Shown one piece after another: positions 8,510-15,669 of a stretch of 47,887 nucleotides of DNA. The notes under the pieces were generated by a model. That model saw only the letters and a program-made list of their open reading frames with translations. It searched no databases and was not told where the DNA came from. A program made the position numbers and the translations under genes. The stretch's first letter is position 1. Every line of letters begins with the position of its first letter. The stretch is from the NCBI GenBank assembly GCA_035583565.1, contig DATEUR010000005.1, positions 1 through 47,887 of the forward strand, read 5' to 3'. Source of the stretch: Minisyncoccota bacterium. Lineage in GTDB: Bacteria > Patescibacteriota > Minisyncoccia > Phycocordibacterales > DATEUR01.

Positions 8510-9406
8510 TTATTCAAAATATTTTCTGATAATCAATAAATTTTTATCGACCGGCTTAATCTTTTCTTTTGCTTCATCATTCGTCTGTCTTAAGCCGAAG
8601 CTTATTTTCTCGTCTAACTCCTGCTCATAACGAAGGATAAGAAGAGCGATAATTTTGGCCGGGTTCTTCGAAACATTAATAATACGACCGGTTTCATTAT
8701 CAATTGAAAAACCATCTATGTCGCCGGCGAACTCAATGGCTTTATCGCCAATCCGAAGCCGCATTTGAGCGATAATATCGCTTAATATTTCGTAAAAAAT
8801 CCGGTCATCTTTGGAAATTTCCGAATAGTCATGTGGCGCGATCCGGCCAGATTTTTGCCTGTTTCCAAACAAATGAAATAAATAAAACAAGATGACACCA
8901 AGAACTAGCGCAATACCAAAGATAATGGCAAGCTGACTTAAAAATAATCCGGCAAATTTGCGCTCAACCGTAAAAGAAAAACTTGAAACAGCCGGAACTT
9001 CCTGACCTTGATAAAGGATCTCGCTTGTCACTTTGTAGCGGCCAGGCTTCAAGTCATGAGGCAGTTGAAGGACTTTGACAAAAGAAGCGGTTGTTTCCAC
9101 GGCCACCGTTTCATTTTCGTTCAAAATCTCTTTTTTGTTTTGATCAAAAATTTTGTAATTAATAGCCACATCAACCCGCCGGCCGCCGCCGAAATTAAGG
9201 AGTTTGACGGCTACCGGTAAAAATTCACCGGGCGCTACTTTCGAAACAAAAGAGCCGCTACCGGTTTTGACTTCTGTCACTTTTTCAACGACAAAAGCAC
9301 TGGGGTTAGCGCTTTTGTCAGGCATTTCTTCCGAATTGTCAGCGCCAGCTAAAAGAAAGGGGGATAAGCCGAAAAGAAAAGAAAATAAAATTAATTTTTT
9401 AAACAT
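8510..9406 (-). CDS. Single-pass membrane protein: signal peptide, beta-sandwich-like ectodomain, TM, ~110-aa cytoplasmic domain
   Basis: 298 aa. Signal MFKKLILFSFLFGLSPFLLAGA; TM FAGLFLSQLAIIFGIALVLGVILFYLF. No recognised catalytic motif. Confidence 0.6.
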   Translation of the reverse strand: MFKKLILFSFLFGLSPFLLAGADNSEEMPDKSANPSAFVVEKVTEVKTGSGSFVSKVAPGEFLPVAVKLLNFGGGRRVDVAINYKIFDQNKKEILNENETVAVETTASFVKVLQLPHDLKPGRYKVTSEILYQGQEVPAVSSFSFTVERKFAGLFLSQLAIIFGIALVLGVILFYLFHLFGNRQKSGRIAPHDYSEISKDDRIFYEILSDIIAQMRLRIGDKAIEFAGDIDGFSIDNETGRIINVSKNPAKIIALLILRYEQELDEKISFGLRQTNDEAKEKIKPVDKNLLIIRKYFE

Positions 9407-9722
9407 TTTTCCGATGAGTTTTTTTATAAATTAAGGCATAAATAATCGAGATAAAAAGAATAAATCCTAAGGCAATGAAAGGCGCGGCTTTTCGGCTTTT
9501 TTCTTCCTTTTCAAGAGCTGGACCGATTTGGATGTCAAACAAAGGCGAGCTATCTTTCCCTGCCAAAATAATCGGCTCGCTGACTGATTCTTCCGCCAAA
9601 GATTTTTCTTTGGCCACCGGCGCCAGCGCCCGATTAGCCGACCAGCCGAACAAAACGACAAAAACAATCAGCATAGCCGGTAGACCATGGTGGAATAAGA
9701 CATGTTTGATAAGTTTAAACAC
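9399..9722 (-). CDS. Small bitopic membrane protein carrying the LFDIxI-EKE-TM-basic C-terminal module
   Basis: 107 aa. The C-terminus PLFDIQIGPALEKEEKSRKAAPFIALGFILFISIIYALIYKKTHRKNV parallels the cohesin-like protein C-terminus. Confidence 0.6.
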   Translation of the reverse strand: MFKLIKHVLFHHGLPAMLIVFVVLFGWSANRALAPVAKEKSLAEESVSEPIILAGKDSSPLFDIQIGPALEKEEKSRKAAPFIALGFILFISIIYALIYKKTHRKNV

Positions 9723-10449
9723 TTTTTTTTCTTATCAAATAAATGGCTAGACTTAAAAAAACAATTGCCGATAAAACAATGATCGCTAACGAGAATTTGT
9801 TTTCTTTTTCTATCGGCGCTTGTCTGATTTCAATATCAAACAAAGTGGGTTCTTCTGGAGATTTTTTCTCGAATTCGTCGGCAATTAAATCCCCTTCTTC
9901 AACAAGGGCTTCTGCGATTTTTTCAACCGGTTTTTTTACTTGCGTCTTTTTCACCGACGTTTTTTTAGCTTCGCTGATAATCACTTCGCTTTTAATCGGC
10001 AGTCCAGAGAGAATATTTTCTCCGAGAACGCCGTAAGAAAGCGAATTTTCGGAAATCGTAATCGCGTCGCGACCTGCTTTAAGCACTTTGAAGTTAATTA
10101 CGCCGAAAATAACCGTCTTATCCGTACCCTTGGGAAAGCCAGCCGTTTTAACGAGCGTCCCCTTATTATTATCAATCAAATCGTAACCGGGCTGATTTAA
10201 GGGTAGCCACTCATCACTTAATTTAAAAGATTTGACGGCTAAAAGATCAGCGGGAAAATTCATAACAAGTTTGGTTGTGTAATTTTTCACGCCTCGCGGA
10301 TCAAGCAAAACCACAAAATCCAAAGCACTGCCGGTTTGATCTCTAAAACTGGATGGGGTTACGGAAAAAGTGGCCGCGTCAGCGCCGCTTGAAAAAGAAA
10401 AAAGCAAGACGATAAAAGAAAAAAACAAAATTGTTTTAGATCTTTTCAT
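9715..10449 (-). CDS. Membrane-anchored cohesin-domain-like surface protein
   Basis: 244 aa with a signal peptide ending SSGADA. A beta-rich ~140-aa module (FSVTPSS...LDFVVLLD...VKSFKL...IFGVINFKVLKAGRDAITI) resembles cohesin domains. The C-terminus is PTLFDIEIRQAPIEKENKFS plus a TM plus RKKSV. Confidence 0.5.
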   Translation of the reverse strand: MKRSKTILFFSFIVLLFSFSSGADAATFSVTPSSFRDQTGSALDFVVLLDPRGVKNYTTKLVMNFPADLLAVKSFKLSDEWLPLNQPGYDLIDNNKGTLVKTAGFPKGTDKTVIFGVINFKVLKAGRDAITISENSLSYGVLGENILSGLPIKSEVIISEAKKTSVKKTQVKKPVEKIAEALVEEGDLIADEFEKKSPEEPTLFDIEIRQAPIEKENKFSLAIIVLSAIVFLSLAIYLIRKKSV

Positions 10450-10464
10450 AAAAATTATTTTAAA

Positions 10465-10797
10465 TTACTGCCAATAAACCATAAGCATGTTAAAATCAAG
10501 CAAATCGACTAAATTATCGCCGTTAATGTCGGCGAGGAGTCCGCTTCCCGCCCTTCCCCAATCGACCATCAGCGTGTTGAAATCAAGAGCGTTCACCTGA
10601 TTGTCGCCGGTAACATCAGCTGATGACGAGACACTCGGTGTCGGCGCGACACTAAGCGTCGGTGTCGGCGCTCGAAACCCTCCACTGCCACCGTAACCAA
10701 AAGCCGGCTTGGCGTGGCCCAAACCGGAATAGCCGAAAACCGCCAAAATAACAAGAATAAATATCAAGGGGCGTTTAACCCTCAAAAGGTCAATCAT
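10465..10797 (-). CDS. Secreted dockerin-only protein
   Basis: 110 aa: signal/TM, a Gly/Pro/Ser/Thr linker, then two EF-hand-like dockerin repeats, DVTGDNQVNALDFNTLM and DINGDNLVDLLDFNMLM. There is no cargo domain. Confidence 0.7.
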   Translation of the reverse strand: MIDLLRVKRPLIFILVILAVFGYSGLGHAKPAFGYGGSGGFRAPTPTLSVAPTPSVSSSADVTGDNQVNALDFNTLMVDWGRAGSGLLADINGDNLVDLLDFNMLMVYWQ

Positions 10798-10814
10798 AAA
10801 ATTGAAAAAAATAA

Positions 10815-10848
10815 ATAGAAAAAGCCCTCATCGTAATTCACGATAAGG
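10815..10848 (-). terminator. Terminator-like hairpin in the short leader of the dockerin operon
   Basis: The minus strand forms CCUUAUCGU-gaauu-ACGAUGAGG, fully paired only on this strand via a U-G pair, followed by GCUUUUUCUAUUUAUUUUUUU. It lies ~20 nt before the dockerin ATG. Confidence 0.45.
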
Positions 10849-10861
10849 ACGCAATATTTTC

Positions 10862-10889
10862 ATTATAAATCAAAGCAGATTTAGATCAA
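10862..10889 (-). promoter_or_regulatory. Candidate promoter of the dockerin/cohesin operon
   Basis: The minus strand reads TTGATC (10889-10884), a 16-nt spacer, then TATAAT (10867-10862). Confidence 0.45.
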
Positions 10890-10908
10890 TCCCCTTAGTG
10901 TGGATAAC

Positions 10909-12558
10909 TCACTGTTTGTAAAGAATAATGCTCTTCTTTGAAAACAAAGGTTTAAAATCAGTTAGAAAGGAATAAGAATAAGGATCGATATCTTTTATAT
11001 CCTGAAAATAAACAATATATTTGAAATCGGCTGGATCAGGGATAGGATCCAAGGATGGCAATTCCCCAAGCTCAATATTTTTGCTTGAAACGGCCTTGGG
11101 GCCAAAGAATACGCGACCTGGATTGCCTGTTATGAGATTATCGTTAAAACCAAGAGAAAAATAACCATGCCAAGGCAAAATAAGAATTTTGAAATCTTCT
11201 TTATCTTTTTCAATTATTTCTTTTGCTTCCTGCCATTCTTTTGGGTACCAGACGGATCGGAGCTGGCCCTGAAAGCCAAAAAGCATGGGGTAGGTGTAGA
11301 TCAAAGGTAAAGCAAAAACAACTGCCAGAATGTATTCTTTTTTAATTTTTTTTACTCTCTCCAAAATAAAATCAACCCCCAAAGGAATCAAATAAGCATA
11401 AATAAGAGCGATGGGGGCGACCCATTTGGCGCTATCTCGAAATCCTCGCCAAAAAGAAATATTTTCAAAAATCCAAAGATTGATAGATGAAAAAAAATCA
11501 CTCAAGCCAGTGGCAAAAACAAGGCTTAAACCGGCAAAACAAAATAAAATGAATCCCTGCCAACTGGAAAATGCCCCAAAAACAATAAGGACTAAAATTA
11601 AGAAAAGAAAAAACAGAAAAAATAATTTATTTTTCGGCCAAACAAAATTTTCCGCCCACGGCTCATCTTCGCCCCAATAACCGTATAAACTGAAAACATT
11701 GGTAAAAACTTTTAGTTTAGAATCACCGGCGGTTTGAAAAGTCTGCCAGTGAGCTTGATTAAAATTTTCAAAAACCGCTTGAGAGTTTTTGCTGACTAAG
11801 TAAGGTATTGTCCAATAACTGGAAAGAAAAAAGAAAACTAGGCCGGCTATAAAAGTTCTTAAAAGAATTTTTTTGAACAAAGACAAATTTTTTTGAAAAA
11901 GGACAACCACAATGCGACCAAACAAATAAATCGAGCTCAAAACGATCGCGATAGTAAGCATATGTAAAGAGAAAATACCAATGATGGTAAGGCAAAAAAC
12001 GAGTTTCAAAGGGATCAGGTACCTTTTTCGCGAGCCCTCAAGCCCAAGCCTCGCGAAAAAGGTACCTGATCCTTTTAACCCCTGGGGAAAGGTACCTGAC
12101 CCCTTAATTAAAAAATAAAGCACCGGCGGTAAAAGCGCATAACCGAAAAGAAAGAGCCAATGACCGGCCAAAAAACGCTCGTAAACAAATGGATTGATCG
12201 CGTAAAAGAGCGAGGTTAGATAATCCATTCCCCATTTTCTTTCAAAAAGGAAAAATTTAAACGGCAGATAAAAAAGCAAGAAAAACAAGGAAAAGAGGAT
12301 GGCTTTTTGAATAAGCCAAATCGGCAGAAAAATATCGGCAAACAAAAGAAGTTTCTCGAGGGGCAAGGCGTTTAAAAATTCTCCAGCGCTTTTGACAAAA
12401 TCAAATTCCGGCCCAAAAACCATATCTAAAGAAAACACATAGCCCGGTAAAAGCATTTGCCACAAAATAATAACTGCCCCAGCAACGGCAAAAATTATTC
12501 CGGAGTTCATGTTTTTTATATAATTAGATATTTTTTGAAGCATTTGATTTAAAGACAA
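10909..12558 (-). CDS. Large polytopic membrane protein, possible GT-C-type glycosyltransferase
   Basis: 549 aa with more than 10 predicted TM segments. Acidic first loop (SLDMVFGPEFDF) and a C-terminal soluble domain. The start is uncertain (alternative Met codons at 12543 and 12510). Function is inferred from context only. Confidence 0.5.
   Translation of the reverse strand: MSLNQMLQKISNYIKNMNSGIIFAVAGAVIILWQMLLPGYVFSLDMVFGPEFDFVKSAGEFLNALPLEKLLLFADIFLPIWLIQKAILFSLFFLLFYLPFKFFLFERKWGMDYLTSLFYAINPFVYERFLAGHWLFLFGYALLPPVLYFLIKGSGTFPQGLKGSGTFFARLGLEGSRKRYLIPLKLVFCLTIIGIFSLHMLTIAIVLSSIYLFGRIVVVLFQKNLSLFKKILLRTFIAGLVFFFLSSYWTIPYLVSKNSQAVFENFNQAHWQTFQTAGDSKLKVFTNVFSLYGYWGEDEPWAENFVWPKNKLFFLFFLFLILVLIVFGAFSSWQGFILFCFAGLSLVFATGLSDFFSSINLWIFENISFWRGFRDSAKWVAPIALIYAYLIPLGVDFILERVKKIKKEYILAVVFALPLIYTYPMLFGFQGQLRSVWYPKEWQEAKEIIEKDKEDFKILILPWHGYFSLGFNDNLITGNPGRVFFGPKAVSSKNIELGELPSLDPIPDPADFKYIVYFQDIKDIDPYSYSFLTDFKPLFSKKSIILYKQ
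12008..12105 (-). repeat. GC-rich palindromic insert lying in frame inside the CDS
   Basis: Perfect 23-bp inverted repeat ggatcaggtacctttttcgcgag (12012-12034) / ctcgcgaaaaaggtacctgatcc (12050-12072) with a 15-nt loop. A third partial arm gaaaggtacctgacccctt lies at 12087-12105. Encodes ...KGSGTFPQGLKGSGTFFARLGLEGSRKRYLIP... Confidence 0.8.
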
Positions 12559-12826
12559 TATCGGTTATGATTTTTTTGGCTTTTAATTTTGTTTTAATTT
12601 CCAATTTTTCTTTTATTTGACAATGCTTTTTATACTCAAAGACTTGCAAAATCGCAGCAAGAAAAAGAAGAGGAAAAGCGACAATTGAAAAGAAAGCGGC
12701 TGTTTTTTTACTCATAAATATGAAGATAAAACTGAAGAAAAAAAGAGCAGCCGAAATCAAAGCCAGAAATCGGCTGTTGAAAACATATTTGAGAATAATT
12801 GATTTCACTTGTTTAAGCTTTTTCAT
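12524..12826 (-). CDS. Small two-TM membrane protein
   Basis: 100 aa with two hydrophobic helices and a Lys-rich tail. Overlaps both neighbouring genes. Confidence 0.55.
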   Translation of the reverse strand: MKKLKQVKSIILKYVFNSRFLALISAALFFFSFIFIFMSKKTAAFFSIVAFPLLFLAAILQVFEYKKHCQIKEKLEIKTKLKAKKIITDIVFKSNASKNI

Positions 12827-14654
12827 TTTTCATTTTTCTCACGATAAAGGCCGAGAAAAAAAGAGCCAGCAAAGAAACAAGGAGCGCCAAGTAAAATAAT
12901 CTTTGCGGGAAATACTCCATCACAAGCTCCAGATCATATTTTCCATTTTCTTTCATTTCCAAGATTCCCTTCTCTTCCAAAATTTTCGGATCAATAATGA
13001 AGCCATTAGCATAACCATTTATCATAAAATGATCAGTCAGCCTCTTTTTTGAAAATCCATTTCTGGCGTAAAGCCGCCAATAATTGTCAAAAGATTCCAA
13101 AAAATTAAGCAAGAATGGCTCGTCAATATCGGTTATTTTAATTTTATATTTTGAAAAATTAATTTGTTTAACCTCATATTTGTTTTGATCGTCGTTAAAA
13201 AATTTTTCCGGGGCGAGAAAAATTCTTTCAGCCAGCGGCCAATTGAAAAGTTCGATTTTTATTCCCTTATATGAATTTTCCGTCAAATAATTCCCTTTGG
13301 AAAAAGAATAAAGATATATTCCGATGTTATTTTTTTTATCTTCAGGAACCTCAATCAATTTTTCAAATTTAGTCCAACCACTAGTGGTTTCCAGGTCTTC
13401 GCTATAAATTTCTTTGTTTAAACTTCCGTCGACTGATTTTGCCCAAATGGTGAATTTAGGATTATCGCCCGTTAGATGCTTGTATTCAAAACTCACTTTC
13501 ATCACGTTACCCTTGGTTTCAAACCATTTGTTATAGCAAACAAGCTCGTTCTTCGCTCTGAGTTTAAATTGGCCAGCCGATACTTGAGAAATTGTTTCTT
13601 GATCAGGCCGTGATTTATTGGTTCGGCAGAAATTTTGGGCAACATTCTCGTTTTCATCAAATAAGTAGATTGATGGATTTTCTAGATCGGAATATGAAAC
13701 ATCAATCGATCCTTCAAGATAAAATGGTCCGAACTTCTGAAATTTTCCGTCTTGTTTTTTACTGTCTTTTTTAAAAATATCTTCTTTCTCAGCAGTCAAA
13801 ACATTTATGTCGCGATAAAGATTTTCCGTCATGTAATTACCGGAAGAAGAAGAATAAAGATAAATCCCAATATTTTCCTCACCGCCTTCGGGAATATCAA
13901 ATAACTTTTCAAATTTATTCCAATCTTGTTTTGGTTTAAATTTTTCCGAATATATTTCTTGATTGATGGCTCCATCGGCTGATTTGCGCCAAAGAGTAAA
14001 TTTAGGATTATCGCCCGTTAGATGCTTGTATTCAAAACTCACTTTCATCACATTGCCTTTGCTTTCAAACCATTTGTTATAGCAAACAAGCTCGTTCTTC
14101 GCTCTGAGTTTAAATTGGCCAGCCGATACTTGAGAAATTGTTTCTTGATCAGGCCGTGATTTATTGGTTCGGCAAAGATTGGAAGGAAGGTTGTCAGTTC
14201 TGTCTTCCTCAAAAGCGACTGGTTGGAAGATGTCGCTAAGGCTTTCAAATTCTCTGGCTTTATTTTTAATCAGAAGACTATTATCTTTAACTGAAACATT
14301 AATATATGAATCAAAAGTATTATTAGGCGTGATCAAAAAATAATCAGCGGCTGGCAAATCAAGCCTTATTTTTCTTGATTCTCTTTTCGCCAAAAAATCA
14401 AGATTAAAAACGTTAAATAAATCGACTAGATTAAGGCCGTCTTTGAGGATATCTTTCTTAAAAACGAACGGCAGGTTTTGGCGGCCAATAAAAATGGCTT
14501 TTTTGGAAACATCCTCCAGTTTTTCAATTGGAATAGCGCCTTTGGAAATAAAAATTAAATCTTTCATATCCGCGCGCGCATAAGAAGCCACAAACAAAGC
14601 GCTAAATATAACTAATGACCATAAAATTTTTAGGTACTCCTTATTTGTCGACAT
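12813..14654 (-). CDS. Surface protein with a tandemly duplicated ~180-aa (CBM/beta-sandwich-like?) module and a C-terminal TM anchor
   Basis: 613 aa with an N-terminal signal anchor. Two copies of CRTNKSRPDQETISQVSAGQFKLRAKNELVCYNKWFE.KGNVMKVSFEYKHLTGDNPKF... The C-terminal TM LALLVSLLALFFSAFIV is followed by RKMKNEKA. Confidence 0.6.
   Translation of the reverse strand: MSTNKEYLKILWSLVIFSALFVASYARADMKDLIFISKGAIPIEKLEDVSKKAIFIGRQNLPFVFKKDILKDGLNLVDLFNVFNLDFLAKRESRKIRLDLPAADYFLITPNNTFDSYINVSVKDNSLLIKNKAREFESLSDIFQPVAFEEDRTDNLPSNLCRTNKSRPDQETISQVSAGQFKLRAKNELVCYNKWFESKGNVMKVSFEYKHLTGDNPKFTLWRKSADGAINQEIYSEKFKPKQDWNKFEKLFDIPEGGEENIGIYLYSSSSGNYMTENLYRDINVLTAEKEDIFKKDSKKQDGKFQKFGPFYLEGSIDVSYSDLENPSIYLFDENENVAQNFCRTNKSRPDQETISQVSAGQFKLRAKNELVCYNKWFETKGNVMKVSFEYKHLTGDNPKFTIWAKSVDGSLNKEIYSEDLETTSGWTKFEKLIEVPEDKKNNIGIYLYSFSKGNYLTENSYKGIKIELFNWPLAERIFLAPEKFFNDDQNKYEVKQINFSKYKIKITDIDEPFLLNFLESFDNYWRLYARNGFSKKRLTDHFMINGYANGFIIDPKILEEKGILEMKENGKYDLELVMEYFPQRLFYLALLVSLLALFFSAFIVRKMKNEKA
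13453..13628 (-). repeat. Intragenic direct repeat, copy 1 (176 bp)
   Basis: Matches 13999..14174 with 4 mismatches by hand count, including a ~111-bp perfect run. The offset is 546 bp (182 codons, in frame). Confidence 0.9.
13999..14174 (-). repeat. Intragenic direct repeat, copy 2 (176 bp)
   Basis: See copy 1. The flanking parts of the duplicated module are much more diverged. Confidence 0.9.
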
Positions 14655-15669
14655 TTTTTCTCAAGACTTTATTAATAATTCTCACGAAGGAAAAACTTTT
14701 GATGTAATTTTTCTTAAAAAATTCCGAGTCTCTAATTACTCTTGTTTTTTGGACAATTTTTCTTTTATCAAGAATGTGTTTTAAATGAAATAAATTATAA
14801 AAGACTGCCTTGTACAAAGAGATAAAAGATTCGAATCGGCCCCTGGTTAGGTAATAAAGCGAGTAAAAAAACATAAACACAAGATGAGCCGGCAAATACG
14901 CGGCCAAATTCTTTAGTTCATAATTTTTTATCATTGAGTCCATCCTGTTTCTTATAAAAAGATAAGTGCTATCAAGCGACCCGGCTTTTTTTCTTTTCTT
15001 TTTCTTTTGGAAGGAAGCACTGCCAAGATGATAAACTAAGGCCATGGGTAAATAATAAATTTCCGCGCCGGCAATTCTTGCCCGCCAGCAAAGATCTGTT
15101 TCCTCGTAAAGAAGAAAGTAATCTTCGTCAAAACCTTTTAATTTTTCAAAAATCTCTCGGCGCATAGCGAAAGCAGCGCCATTGGCGGTAAAAATTTTTC
15201 GTACATCTTCATATTGATCGTTGTCTTTTTCGTTATAACCGATAATGTAAGCTAGCCCTAGAGTGTCGGAATAATTGCCGGCGTTTTCTATAAAATCTTT
15301 TTCTTTTGCCATTTTTATTTTACATTGAGCAATCCCAGCGTCTTTATGATCATTAAAAAATTCATGAATTTTTACAAGACAATTTTTTTCAATAAAAGCG
15401 TCGCTGTTTAGAAAAAATACAACCTCTCCTTTGGTATATTCAAAAGCTTTGTTATTCCCGCCGGCAAATCCGAGATTTTTGCTACTTTTAATAATTTTAA
15501 TTTTCCTGTGGCCGGAATATTTTTCTTTGACAAATTCATAACTACCGTCGAGAGAATTATTATCGAAAAAGATTACTTCAAAATCCTGAAAATCGCCAAA
15601 AAGAACCGATTCAATGGTTTTTCCAATAAAATCACGGCCGTTATAATTCAAAATAATGATTGAGATCAT
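14641..15669 (-). CDS. Family 2 glycosyltransferase
   Basis: 342 aa. ISIIILNYNGRDFIGKTIESV...VIFFDNNSLDGS...FLNSDAF is GT2-typical (DxD-like NSD/DED). Confidence 0.85.
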   Translation of the reverse strand: MISIIILNYNGRDFIGKTIESVLFGDFQDFEVIFFDNNSLDGSYEFVKEKYSGHRKIKIIKSSKNLGFAGGNNKAFEYTKGEVVFFLNSDAFIEKNCLVKIHEFFNDHKDAGIAQCKIKMAKEKDFIENAGNYSDTLGLAYIIGYNEKDNDQYEDVRKIFTANGAAFAMRREIFEKLKGFDEDYFLLYEETDLCWRARIAGAEIYYLPMALVYHLGSASFQKKKKRKKAGSLDSTYLFIRNRMDSMIKNYELKNLAAYLPAHLVFMFFYSLYYLTRGRFESFISLYKAVFYNLFHLKHILDKRKIVQKTRVIRDSEFFKKNYIKSFSFVRIINKVLRKNVDK

